The notes beneath the pieces were generated by a model. That model was not told the origin of the DNA, did no database searches, and saw nothing but the letters and a program-made list of their open reading frames with translations. The position numbers and the translations under genes are program-made. DNA of 64,000 nucleotides, taken from contig JANOKC010000139.1 of NCBI GenBank assembly GCA_031419035.1, positions 444 to 64,443 on the forward strand, in the 5' to 3' direction. Below are positions 1 through 9,467 of this stretch, one piece after another (the first letter of the stretch is position 1; each line of letters begins with the position of its first letter). The stretch comes from Novosphingobium sp. GTDB lineage: Bacteria > Pseudomonadota > Alphaproteobacteria > Sphingomonadales > Sphingomonadaceae.

Positions 1-8
1 GCGAATCC

Positions 9-662
9 ATGCGACCCCTTCGAACAATCAGTCGGCAATTCACGATTACCGCCAAGTGGCTGCACTGGCTGATCGCGGCGCTATTGCTGTCGGTAATGTC
101 GGCTGCCTGGAGCTTTGCCTTCACCGCCCCTGAGGACCGTGCCGAGGCAATCCCGGTGCATGTCTCGATCGGGCTGATCGTGGTGTTCCTGACCTTGCTG
201 CGCCTGGCCTGGCGCAAGGCCACACCCCCACCGCCGATCCCGCCCGCAACGCCTGGCTGGATGCAGCGCGGCGCGAGTGTTGGCCATTTCCTGCTTTACG
301 CGCTGATCCTGCTGCAAGGCGTGCTTGGGATCTGGATGGCAGCGCATTCGCCGGTTGATATCAGGGTGTTCAACGGCTTCAATCTATCCGAACTGGCCCC
401 TGCCAGTGCCGGATCGGTAGCCGGATTGCGCCAGATCCACTTTGTCGTCGCCTGCCTGCTTACCGCGACGATTTTCGGCCATGTGGCGGGCGCGCTTTGG
501 CACCATTTCGTGCTGCGTGACGATGTGCTGATCCGCATGCTGCCATTCGGCGGGCTGTGGCAAAGGCTCCAAGGTCCGTGGCGCAAGCAACAGGAGCGGT
601 TTCCATCGTCCCATCTGGCCCATTGGCCCAAGCAGTTGAACCGCAAGAGGCATTCGTCATGA
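9..662 (+). CDS. Cytochrome b561 (CybB/YceJ-like di-heme membrane cytochrome)
   Basis: Four TM helices with KWLHW, HVSIG..LRLAWR, HFLLY and H..GALWHHF..RDDVL.RMLP motifs. Confidence 0.9.
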   Translation: MRPLRTISRQFTITAKWLHWLIAALLLSVMSAAWSFAFTAPEDRAEAIPVHVSIGLIVVFLTLLRLAWRKATPPPPIPPATPGWMQRGASVGHFLLYALILLQGVLGIWMAAHSPVDIRVFNGFNLSELAPASAGSVAGLRQIHFVVACLLTATIFGHVAGALWHHFVLRDDVLIRMLPFGGLWQRLQGPWRKQQERFPSSHLAHWPKQLNRKRHSS

Positions 663-1546
663 CCAAGCTTGCACCTTTAGCTGCGGGTGACATCTTCGTT
701 CCAGCTTCAATCCTTGACGAATCTGCCCGGTTCCCGACCGGACAAGGCAAAATCCGCCAATATGATGCGCGGTGGCAGCTGAAGGCGGAGGTCGAAACCG
801 GACACCGGGGCTTGATCTCTGCGCTGGCGCTCGATCCGGCAGGCCGGTTGCACGCGCTTGATCCGCAGGCACGGGCTATCACCACCATTGACCGGAATGG
901 CGAGCAGCTTTCCCAGTTCGCAAAGCTGCCGCAACGCGCCTACGGCTCAATGATCCCGCTAGCCGGCGGCGAATATCTGCTGGGCGAGCATATGGTTGGC
1001 GAGATTCCGGGCTTTTCTGGCGCGGGCAAGGTCTACCGGGTCGCCTCTGATGGAGCGGTGCTGGCCGAATATGATACCGAAACCAACGGCGGCATGGGCG
1101 GCTTTCTGGGGGTGACCCACATGGCGCTGTCAGCCGATGGGCTGACGCTTTACCACACCAGCGAAACCGGCGCGCAGGTCTATGCCCATGATCTGGCCAC
1201 GAACCGGCGGCTTGGCCCGGTCTATACCCGCGCCGATCCGCCGGCGCTGGTGTTCGGGATTGCGCTGCTGGATGATGCGGAACTGGCGGTGGCTTGCGGC
1301 AGTGAACTGCGCCGGATAGGGCTGAATAGCGGGGCCGAAACCCCCGTGCCCCTGCCCGAGGGGCGCGGTTGGGCGATAGTGATGGTTGCTGGAGATCATC
1401 CCGTCTCTGGCGCCAAGCGGTTGTGGGCACTAGATTTCTTCGGAGGAACAGCAGCCTTGATTGACGCCGCCAACGGTGCGGTGGAGGAACTGCACGCACT
1501 GGGCCTTGCCAAATGCCTGACCGGGATCGCTGTAGTCCCGAACTGA
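659..1546 (+). CDS. Beta-propeller protein of unknown function (SMP-30/Vgb/YVTN-like)
   Basis: ATG at 659 overlaps the upstream stop (ATGA). Repeated blade-like motifs (ALALDPAGRL, MALSADGLTLY, GIALLDD). Confidence 0.65.
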   Translation: MTKLAPLAAGDIFVPASILDESARFPTGQGKIRQYDARWQLKAEVETGHRGLISALALDPAGRLHALDPQARAITTIDRNGEQLSQFAKLPQRAYGSMIPLAGGEYLLGEHMVGEIPGFSGAGKVYRVASDGAVLAEYDTETNGGMGGFLGVTHMALSADGLTLYHTSETGAQVYAHDLATNRRLGPVYTRADPPALVFGIALLDDAELAVACGSELRRIGLNSGAETPVPLPEGRGWAIVMVAGDHPVSGAKRLWALDFFGGTAALIDAANGAVEELHALGLAKCLTGIAVVPN

Positions 1547-1566
1547 ATTTTCAAAGGATCCAATTG

Positions 1567-2703
1567 ATGATCATCAACCAATGGTATGTCGCCGAAGAGG
1601 TGGCAAACATTACCGACAAACCCAAGCGGGTTAAGCTGCTGAGCTTTGATTTTGTGCTGTTCCGTGATGCAACTGGCACGATCAATTGCCTATCGGACGT
1701 TTGCGTCCATCGCGGAGCCTCGCTGGGTGCTGGCAGGATGGAAAATGGCTGCGTCGAATGCCCCTACCATGGCTGGCAATACAACGGCGCGGGCAATGTC
1801 ACCAAGATCCCCTCGCTTCCTGCCGATCAGAAGATTCCGGCGCGGGCCCGGGTCGATTCCTATCCGGTCAAGGAGCGCTATGGCTGGATCTGGGTGTTCC
1901 TGGGCGATCTGCCCGAGGCAGAGCGTCCGCCGCTGCCCGAGTTTCCCGAATTTGACGATACCGCCAACTGGCGGACCGTACGCGGTGAATGGCTGTGGCA
2001 GGCAGATTATGTCCGGATCGTTGAGAACGGGCTTGATTTTGCCCATGCCCCGTTTGTCCACCCCAGCTTTGGCGACCGCGACCGCGCGGAAATCCATGAC
2101 TTCGAGATGGAGCAGGATGAATGGTCGGCCCGTGCCAAGGTGACCTATATTCCGCCGCTGCCCAAGGGTGTCTGGAAGTTCGTGCGCAAGGAACGCACCC
2201 CGGTTCAAGCCCAGCCTGGCTTCCACGTATCGGGTGCCACCATGCGGCTGGACGTCTGGCTGACCCAGAGCTGGCGGATGGTGATTTTTGACGTCAACAC
2301 ACCGATCGATGAGAATACAACGCTGACCCGCTGGATCATGGCGCGCACATTCTTTCGCCAGAAGCTGTTCGATGCTGACAGCATCAAGCGGACTCTCAAG
2401 ATCTTTGAGCAGGATACCCGGATCGTCGAAGAAATCTGCCCCGAACTGGTCCCGACCGACTTGCGCGATGAGCTATCGGTCAAGTCAGACGGTCTGATGA
2501 ATGCCTTCCGCTTCAAACGGCGCGAACTGATCGACAAGGGCTGGGCGCTCGACATCGAGGCCCTGCGCAATCACATCGATGGCAGGCGGGCGGTGGTGAT
2601 CCCCAGCCCGAAGCGCCGCGAGGATAAAGGCCGGAATTTCGTGCTCAAAACCGCGCCGCTTTTGCCGGCTGGTACAGTGCCAGAAGCAGCGGCGGCGGAG
2701 TAG
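1567..2703 (+). CDS. Rieske non-heme iron oxygenase alpha subunit (VanA/PaO/KshA-type)
   Basis: Rieske motif CVH...CPYHGW, mononuclear Fe motif ENGLDFAHAPFVH, N-terminal NQWY. Confidence 0.92.
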   Translation: MIINQWYVAEEVANITDKPKRVKLLSFDFVLFRDATGTINCLSDVCVHRGASLGAGRMENGCVECPYHGWQYNGAGNVTKIPSLPADQKIPARARVDSYPVKERYGWIWVFLGDLPEAERPPLPEFPEFDDTANWRTVRGEWLWQADYVRIVENGLDFAHAPFVHPSFGDRDRAEIHDFEMEQDEWSARAKVTYIPPLPKGVWKFVRKERTPVQAQPGFHVSGATMRLDVWLTQSWRMVIFDVNTPIDENTTLTRWIMARTFFRQKLFDADSIKRTLKIFEQDTRIVEEICPELVPTDLRDELSVKSDGLMNAFRFKRRELIDKGWALDIEALRNHIDGRRAVVIPSPKRREDKGRNFVLKTAPLLPAGTVPEAAAAE

Positions 2704-2706
2704 GCC

Positions 2707-3921
2707 ATGAGCGCCAAATCATCGTCAAGGCGGCAGCTTGCCGCCCTGTTTCTGATCACGTTTATTAATCTAGTCGGCTTTGGGGTGGTGCTGCCGGTGT
2801 TCCCGTTCTTCGGGAGCATGGTAGACGCCTCGCCCGGCCAGACAACGCTGGCGATGGCCGCCTATTCGCTTGGGCAATTTGTTGGCGCCCCGCTGTGGGG
2901 CAAGCTGTCTGATCGCTATGGCCGCCGTCCGATCCTGATCGCCAGCCTGCTTGGCGCGATAGTTTCCTACCTGATCATGGCCCATGCTACCGACATCTGG
3001 ACGCTGGGGTTTTCGCGCCTGTTCGGCGGCCTGATGGCAGGAAATATCGCGGCGGCCTTTGCCTATGTCGGTGATATGACCACGCCGGAAGATCGCCCCA
3101 AAGCAATGGGGATGATTGGTGCGGCATTCGGTTTGGGCTTCATCTTTGGCCCGGCCATCGGCGGGCTGATCGCCGGTAACACCCCTGATCTCAATGACTT
3201 TGCAATCATCGGCTATACTTCGGCAGGGATAACCGCAATCGCCGCGCTCGCCGCTTTCCTGTTCCTGCCCGAAAGCCTGACCCCAGAGCGCCGAGCAGAA
3301 GCACACGCTGCGCGCTCTGATCTGAGGCTGGGCGAGGTACTGCGCGCCAAGCCACTGATCTGGGCTCTCATGGCGCTGACGATGCTGACAATCGGTTCAG
3401 CGGCGCTGATGGAAACCACACTGGCGTTTTTCGCGCATGACGAGTTTGGCTGGGGTCCAAGCGACGTTGGTCTTTCGTTCGGCGCGGTTGGACTGATTTC
3501 GGCAGCCTTGCAAGGCGGCGCGGCAGGGCCGCTGGCGCGGCGCTTTGGCAGTGCAGCGCTGGCAATCGCCGGAGTCGCCGCCCAAGCAATGGGGCTTGCC
3601 TTGCTTGCGGCCGCTGGATCAAGCGCCGTTATGATCGCCGGGCTTGCTTTGCTGGCCTTGGGGCTTGGTCTCTTCAACCCGGCATTCCAGACGCTCGCCT
3701 CAGATCAAACCAACGACGGTGATCGCGGGCTGGTCATGGGATTGACCCAGGGTGCATCAAGCTTTGGCCGGGTGCTTGGCCCAGCAGTTTCGGGCACGAT
3801 CTATCAATCTCTTGGCCACCACGCACCGTTCGGAATCGGCGCGGTCTTTATGCTGGCCGCGCTGGGAACAGCATTTATCGTTGCCGCCAAAGGGCGGGCA
3901 AATTCTGGAGTAGTCGCATGA
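2707..3921 (+). CDS. MFS transporter (DHA1/TetA-like)
   Basis: Motif A GKLSDRYGRRP, motif C GFIFGPAIGG, about 12 TM helices. Confidence 0.9.
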   Translation: MSAKSSSRRQLAALFLITFINLVGFGVVLPVFPFFGSMVDASPGQTTLAMAAYSLGQFVGAPLWGKLSDRYGRRPILIASLLGAIVSYLIMAHATDIWTLGFSRLFGGLMAGNIAAAFAYVGDMTTPEDRPKAMGMIGAAFGLGFIFGPAIGGLIAGNTPDLNDFAIIGYTSAGITAIAALAAFLFLPESLTPERRAEAHAARSDLRLGEVLRAKPLIWALMALTMLTIGSAALMETTLAFFAHDEFGWGPSDVGLSFGAVGLISAALQGGAAGPLARRFGSAALAIAGVAAQAMGLALLAAAGSSAVMIAGLALLALGLGLFNPAFQTLASDQTNDGDRGLVMGLTQGASSFGRVLGPAVSGTIYQSLGHHAPFGIGAVFMLAALGTAFIVAAKGRANSGVVA

Positions 3922-5162
3922 GCCTGGTTAAACGCGTGTTTAAATGGATCGGCTGGCTGCTGCTTGCCCTGATTGTGGCGGCGCTGGTCGGCTATCTCGC
4001 CAACAAGACCTATATGGACCGCTATTTCCGCATGGCCGTGAGCCAGGCGCGCGGGCAATCGCAGCAGGCCGAGTGGTATGACCCGGTCGACAAGGTGCCA
4101 GGAGCAAGCGGCGCACCGCTAGAAGTCGCGGCGGCTGAGGCGCTGACAATCGATCCTGCCGCGCTCAAATCCGCGCGCGACTATGCGCAGTCAAAAGACA
4201 GCTATGGCTTCGTTGTATGGCAAGGCGGCAAGCTTCAGGAGGCATCATACTGGCAAGGTTTTGATCGCAACAGGCTGATCGCATCGAAGAGCATGGCCAA
4301 GATGATCGTCGGCCTCGTTATCAGCCGGGCGATTGAGCAGGGCTTCATCAAGTCGGTCGATCAACCGGTGTCAGATTTTGTCACGGAATGGAAAGGCACG
4401 CCAAAAGCGAATGCAACCATCCGCGACTTCCTGCAAAACTCCAGCGGCATATCGCGGTTCAGCTACAACAGCTTTGCCCCGTGGAGCCAAACCATGCGCG
4501 AATATCTGGGCGAGCACCACGAAGAGCTGCTGATCAACGAGACCCGTTCCGACTATAAACCCGGCTCCGAATACGACTATTCGATGATCACCAGTGACAT
4601 TCTGGCCATCGTGATCGAGCGCGCCACGAAGCAGCGTTATGCAGATTACGTGGGCAAGGAGCTGCTCCAACCGATCGGTGCTCAAGGCGGGTCCGTCTAT
4701 GTCAACCGTCCGGGCGGTCTGGCCCATTCGGGTTGCTGCATGATGCTGCCCGCGGAAAGCTTTATCCGCATGGGCATGCTGCTGGCCAATGACGGCATGT
4801 GGGAAGGCAAGCGCATTCTGGCCGAGGGCTGGGTGGCTGAAATGCTGAAGCCCTCTCCCGCCAATCCCAAATGGGGCCTGCATATGTGGCTGGGCAAGCC
4901 CTATCAGCAGCGCGTCCGGTTCTTCCCCGAACGCTCGCAGCCGATCGGTGTGCTTCATTCGGAACCCTATGCTGCTGACGATCTGTTCCTGTGGGATGGC
5001 AGCGGCAATCAGGCGATGTGGATCGTGCCTTCAAAACAGCTGATCGTGCTGCGGTTCGGGCCAACTCCCAAGCCCAAATACGGCCAGCCCGGTGAATGGG
5101 ATAACAGCCGCCTGCCCAACACAATCATCCGCGGATTGAAGACCGCCAAGCCAGGCAGCTGA
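3918..5162 (+). CDS. Serine hydrolase, beta-lactamase/class C (NylB-like) family, N-terminally anchored
   Basis: SxxK (SMAK), YSM, N-terminal TM segment, C-terminal IVPSKQLIVLRFG. Confidence 0.88.
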   Translation: MSLVKRVFKWIGWLLLALIVAALVGYLANKTYMDRYFRMAVSQARGQSQQAEWYDPVDKVPGASGAPLEVAAAEALTIDPAALKSARDYAQSKDSYGFVVWQGGKLQEASYWQGFDRNRLIASKSMAKMIVGLVISRAIEQGFIKSVDQPVSDFVTEWKGTPKANATIRDFLQNSSGISRFSYNSFAPWSQTMREYLGEHHEELLINETRSDYKPGSEYDYSMITSDILAIVIERATKQRYADYVGKELLQPIGAQGGSVYVNRPGGLAHSGCCMMLPAESFIRMGMLLANDGMWEGKRILAEGWVAEMLKPSPANPKWGLHMWLGKPYQQRVRFFPERSQPIGVLHSEPYAADDLFLWDGSGNQAMWIVPSKQLIVLRFGPTPKPKYGQPGEWDNSRLPNTIIRGLKTAKPGS

Positions 5163-5164
5163 CC

Positions 5165-5953
5165 ATGGCGGTTGTCGTCATCACCGGCTCAACAAGGGGG
5201 ATTGGCCGAGGCCTGGCCGAGGCCTTTAGCCGGCTCGGCCATTCGCTGGTGATCAGCGGGCGCAAACAGACTGAGGTCGATGCTGCGATCGCCGCTTTGC
5301 CTGGCTCGGCCGGGTTGGTGGTCGATGTCAGCGATCCAGCGCAGGTTCAGGCGCTGTGGGACAGGGCGATCAGCAGGTTCGGCAAAGTTGATATCTGGAT
5401 CAACAATGCTGGCCTTGCGATCACCCACAAACGGACCCGGGAGCTGACCCTTGATGAGCTGCACAGCATGACCCAAACCAATCTGTTCGGTGGAATACAC
5501 GGCACGCGGGTCGCGCTGGCGGGGATGGAGCAGCAGGGCAGCGGCTGGATCTATACCGTGCTGGGCGGCGGCTCTGACGGACGGCAGCGTGATCGAATGG
5601 GTGGTTATGGCATGACCAAGCTGGCCCTGCGCTATTTTACCGAAGCAATGATCGGCGAAGTAAAGGATGGTCCAGTCAAGATGGGCACTATCCTGCCGGG
5701 CATTCTGCTGAGTGATGGCTTTGCGCGCGAAGCTCGCCAGCTTGATCCGGCCGCCTGGTCTAAACTGCGCCGCCAGCTGGATATGCTGGCTGACCGGGTT
5801 GCGGATGTCGCGCCATGGCTGGTGGACCAGATACTGGCGGGCGGCAAACACGGCCGCAAAATCCGCTGGCTCACCAATGGCAAGATCACCGGGCGGATGC
5901 TCGCTGGAATGCTGCTGGGCAAAAAGCGCGGCGTCGTGCCCGACGTATTGTGA
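5165..5953 (+). CDS. Short-chain dehydrogenase/reductase
   Basis: TGSTRGIG, WINNAG, YGMTK catalytic motif. Confidence 0.92.
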   Translation: MAVVVITGSTRGIGRGLAEAFSRLGHSLVISGRKQTEVDAAIAALPGSAGLVVDVSDPAQVQALWDRAISRFGKVDIWINNAGLAITHKRTRELTLDELHSMTQTNLFGGIHGTRVALAGMEQQGSGWIYTVLGGGSDGRQRDRMGGYGMTKLALRYFTEAMIGEVKDGPVKMGTILPGILLSDGFAREARQLDPAAWSKLRRQLDMLADRVADVAPWLVDQILAGGKHGRKIRWLTNGKITGRMLAGMLLGKKRGVVPDVL

Positions 5954-5967
5954 GAGGACGTAATGCC

Positions 5968-6396
5968 ATGATCAAAAAGTTCGGCTCGCTGGGATTGATT
6001 GCAGCATTACCTGTGCTGCTGGGAGCCGGTGAGGCTGGCTCGCTCGCCATCAATGTCAGCGGGATCCGCAACACCAATGGCACGCTGTTGGCCTGTGTGT
6101 GGCGCGACAAAGCTGCCTTTCCGACCTGCCAAAAAAGCCGGACCACGGTTCGCCAAACCCTGCGGATTACGGGCAACAGCATGACCGTGCGCTTCACCGG
6201 CCTTGTCCCCGGGGCCTACGCTGCCAGCGTGCACCATGACGAGGATGGTGATGGCAAGCTAAAGACCAACTTCATTGGCATGCCCAAGGAAGGGGTCGGC
6301 ATTTCCAACAACCCTGGCGGCATTCCCCGCTGGACACGCAGTCAGGTAACTGTCGGCACCGGCACCAGCATCGCGATTACGATGCGTTACCTTTAG
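5968..6396 (+). CDS. DUF2141-like exported protein
   Basis: Signal peptide. HDEDGDGKLKTNFIGMPKEGVGISNN motif. RBS GAGGA upstream. Confidence 0.8.
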   Translation: MIKKFGSLGLIAALPVLLGAGEAGSLAINVSGIRNTNGTLLACVWRDKAAFPTCQKSRTTVRQTLRITGNSMTVRFTGLVPGAYAASVHHDEDGDGKLKTNFIGMPKEGVGISNNPGGIPRWTRSQVTVGTGTSIAITMRYL

Positions 6397-7693
6397 CCAG
6401 ATCATCGGCCTGCTCGCGCCGATACTGCGCCCAACCCAGCAACGCCACCGCGCCATTGAGCAAGCCGACCAGGAAGAATGGCGCCCAGGGACCAACGCGG
6501 TCAAACAACACCCCGCCGATCCCGGTCAGGATCAGGATACCCAGCGCCCCGCAGAAGTTGAACACGCCGATAACCGAGGCGCGAACCGCCTCGGGCGCTT
6601 CCTTGCCAATAATCGTCTGCGCGCCCAAGAAGGCACTGATCTGGCCAATGCCAAGCAGCACGAAGAAGGGAATGGCCATCGGCAGGAGCGGATCCTTGAC
6701 AAAGATCAGCGCGCAATAGCCCACCATGCCAAGGCCCATGCACAGCGCCAGCGCCTTCATTCGCGCCATTCGGTCCAGCGGCACAGCGATCATTGCCGGC
6801 CACAGCAGCGCGGTCGATTGCGCGATGACGAAAGGGATGTTGCCCTTGCTGGCAGCCTCGGCGGCCGAAAAGCCATCGGCCATCGCCGCCTGATTACCCC
6901 AGGCAATCGCAAACAGTCCGACAATCGCAATGTCGCCGCGCGCCACAAAGGCAGCGACATAGGAGATTGCGATCCGCCGGTTACCTTTTGCTGCACCAAT
7001 CCCTTCGCTCAGAAGTTGCTTGAGCGGCTTCTTGGGATCGACTGCCGCAGGTACTCCGGGTTTAAGCGTCAGCCACAACACCACGCCCGAGATTGCTGCC
7101 ACGCTAGCAACGACCGCCAGCGACTCCTGACCTGCACCCATCGGGCTGGCACCGCGTGCCGCAAAGTACGCAGGCAGTTTGCCAAGGAAAATGGCAGCAA
7201 CGACGACGCCCAATCCATTAAGAAAGCCGCACATCGCGGTCAGCTTGCCGCGATCATTCACCACCGCATAATCTGAAATTATCGTAGCAAACATGCCCGT
7301 CGCCGCGCCAATTCCAAAGGCATAGACCACACGGAAAAACACCAGTCCGGCCATGGTGCTGCCAAAGGCATAGGAACCATAAGCGACAGCCAGCAATGCC
7401 ATGCCAAAGCAATAAACCACGCGCCGTCCGATCTTGTCAGCCATCGCGCCAAACAGCGCAAAGCCCAGTAACAGCGCCAGCTCCTGCGCAATCGCCAGCG
7501 TCCCCAGTGCCGTGCCCTGCTGCCCCTGCGGGATACCAAGATTGGTGGTCAGGACATAAGGCGTCAGTATGGCAATGCCCGTGGCAAGGCCAATCGTGAC
7601 GAAAGAAGCATACATCAGCCCCCAGGCATGCCGCTTGCTCACGCCGTCTTGCAGCGTGGCCGGTCCGAATCGCAGCGGTGTGCGCGTTGCCAT
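6377..7693 (-). CDS. MFS transporter
   Basis: GAMADKIGRR motif A, about 12 TM helices. Start set at MATRTP after GGAG RBS. Confidence 0.88.
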   Translation of the reverse strand: MATRTPLRFGPATLQDGVSKRHAWGLMYASFVTIGLATGIAILTPYVLTTNLGIPQGQQGTALGTLAIAQELALLLGFALFGAMADKIGRRVVYCFGMALLAVAYGSYAFGSTMAGLVFFRVVYAFGIGAATGMFATIISDYAVVNDRGKLTAMCGFLNGLGVVVAAIFLGKLPAYFAARGASPMGAGQESLAVVASVAAISGVVLWLTLKPGVPAAVDPKKPLKQLLSEGIGAAKGNRRIAISYVAAFVARGDIAIVGLFAIAWGNQAAMADGFSAAEAASKGNIPFVIAQSTALLWPAMIAVPLDRMARMKALALCMGLGMVGYCALIFVKDPLLPMAIPFFVLLGIGQISAFLGAQTIIGKEAPEAVRASVIGVFNFCGALGILILTGIGGVLFDRVGPWAPFFLVGLLNGAVALLGWAQYRREQADDLAKGNAS

Positions 7694-7736
7694 TGAATTC
7701 TCCCAAGGATGTTCACGCACCGTTGAACAGAAAGAG

Positions 7737-7771
7737 GACCGATCGGTCAACCTAGCCTTGTGTTGACCGAT
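7737..7771. promoter_or_regulatory. Candidate operator: palindrome GACCGATCGGTC (7737-7748) plus inverted repeat ATCGGTCAAC-N10-GTTGACCGAT (7742-7771)
   Basis: Read directly in the divergent intergenic region between the MFS and methyltransferase genes. Confidence 0.5.
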
Positions 7772-7851
7772 AGGCGGATAGCAAGGCATCATAACCTTCG
7801 CATTTCGACTGGTGTGGCAATGCAGCGCCACCGACAAGAGGACCCACGCCA

Positions 7852-9069
7852 ATGGATATGGTCAATACTTTTCAGCAGCATCAGCATGCGGCTTTGCCCC
7901 GCGCCAATCATGACGAACGGGCGCGGCAGGAATTTGCTAAGAGCATGAAGCAATTCGTCCAGCAAGGGCTGCTTCCAGGGCTTGCGCCGGTTTACCAAAA
8001 CCGCGCTTCCCGTGCTTTTGAGAAGCAGCATGGCACAGCCCCGGCTGACCGCTGGGATATTCGCAAGGCGATGGTCAAGGACATCTACTTCCAGCACTAT
8101 GCGTCCGCCAACCGGATCGCGCAGGAGCTGCTGTGGGAATCGGTGATCGGTTCGATCGAGCGTCAGCTGCCCGAATTGGAGCAGGCGATCCAAACGCTTT
8201 CAGCCAGTTCTTCCGCGGCGGTTGAAACCGATCCTGGCTTTGCGGTACCGCGCTATGTTTCAGCATTGGACATCCACTGCATGCCAGGCGGATATGCCAG
8301 CGAGGCGGACGGCGCTGACATCGTTCAGGGCGCGCTCTATGATCGCGGCGTCTACCTCTATGCGATGGGCTATATGGGCCCGGATAATGACGATATGGGC
8401 CGTTCGGTATGCAACTATATCAAGCGGAATATGCCTGGTTTCACGCCCACCCGGATCCTCGACATGGGCTGCACTGTTGGCCATTCGACCGTGCCCTACA
8501 AGGAGTTGTTCCCCAGCGCTGAAGTCACCGGAATTGATGTCGGCGGGCCTTGCGTGCGCTATGCCCACGCCCGCGCCAAGGCGCTGGGACAGGACGTCAA
8601 TTTCCTGCAACGCAGCGCTGAAGATACAGGATTTGCGGATGGCAGTTTCGATCTGATCGTCAGCCACATCCTGCTGCATGAAACCTCAGGCCAGGCGATG
8701 CCGCGGATCTTTCGCGAATGCCACAGGCTGCTTAAACCCGGCGGCGTGATGATCCATGCCGATCTGCCGCCGTTCGACAAGGTTGACCCCTTCGGCCAGT
8801 TCATCCTCGACAATGAAACCTACTATAATAACGAGCCGTTCTGGGGCGCGATGCGCGACAAGGACCAGATCCGGATGGCCGCAGATGCCGGTTTCCCGGC
8901 GGACAGCATCCGGTTTGATACCGCGCCGATGGCGGTGATGGAATTCGCAGCCGCTGACGCAACCTATACCGAAGATGCCGCAGAGGCGCTGGCCGACCGC
9001 GAATTCACAGCGGGTGAATATGCCCCCGGCGGCGGCTGGGAAGTCTTGATCGCGCAAAAGCCAGCATGA
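7852..9069 (+). CDS. Class I SAM-dependent methyltransferase-fold protein (paralog 1)
   Basis: ILDMGCTVG motif I, DGSFDLIVS, LLKPGG. Family motifs DIHCMPGGY and NNEPFW. Confidence 0.88.
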   Translation: MDMVNTFQQHQHAALPRANHDERARQEFAKSMKQFVQQGLLPGLAPVYQNRASRAFEKQHGTAPADRWDIRKAMVKDIYFQHYASANRIAQELLWESVIGSIERQLPELEQAIQTLSASSSAAVETDPGFAVPRYVSALDIHCMPGGYASEADGADIVQGALYDRGVYLYAMGYMGPDNDDMGRSVCNYIKRNMPGFTPTRILDMGCTVGHSTVPYKELFPSAEVTGIDVGGPCVRYAHARAKALGQDVNFLQRSAEDTGFADGSFDLIVSHILLHETSGQAMPRIFRECHRLLKPGGVMIHADLPPFDKVDPFGQFILDNETYYNNEPFWGAMRDKDQIRMAADAGFPADSIRFDTAPMAVMEFAAADATYTEDAAEALADREFTAGEYAPGGGWEVLIAQKPA

Positions 9070-9082
9070 GGAGCAAGGCAGC

Positions 9083-9427
9083 ATGAGAAACCTTGAACGC
9101 CACGCGCGGGGCAAGCGTCCGCAATTCTATGAAACCCCCGGCCTTGATGAGGCGATGTCGATGATCATGGTGCTCGCCAATGAGCTGATGGTGGTCCGCG
9201 ACCGGCTCGATACGGTGGTGAACGTCGCAGCGGCCAAGGGTTTGATGTTCGATGTGGAAATCGAAGCCTTCGAACCCGATCAGCCAGCACTGGAAGCACG
9301 CGAACTGCGGCGGCAAGATTTCCTCGCCCGGCTCTTCTACCTGGCCCGCAAGCAGGCTGCCGAACTGCAGACCGGTGACAGTGCCGAGCGCTATACCAGC
9401 GCGCTTGATGATATCGCAGTGAACTGA
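9083..9427 (+). CDS. Small helical hypothetical protein, partner of methyltransferase paralog 1
   Basis: RBS GAGGAG. ARGKRPQFY..PGLD..MSM...LANEL.V.RDRLDT resembles ORFs at 37479 and 49262. Confidence 0.8.
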   Translation: MRNLERHARGKRPQFYETPGLDEAMSMIMVLANELMVVRDRLDTVVNVAAAKGLMFDVEIEAFEPDQPALEARELRRQDFLARLFYLARKQAAELQTGDSAERYTSALDDIAVN

Positions 9428-9431
9428 TTTC

Positions 9432-9454
9432 CCTCCCCATCGATGGTGGGGAGG
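9432..9454. repeat. Short GC-rich intergenic hairpin CCTCCCCATC-GAT-GGTGGGGAGG (REP-like)
   Basis: Stem read directly. Outer arms match the hairpin at 48518. Confidence 0.45.
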
Positions 9455-9467
9455 AAAAGGAAGTGAA

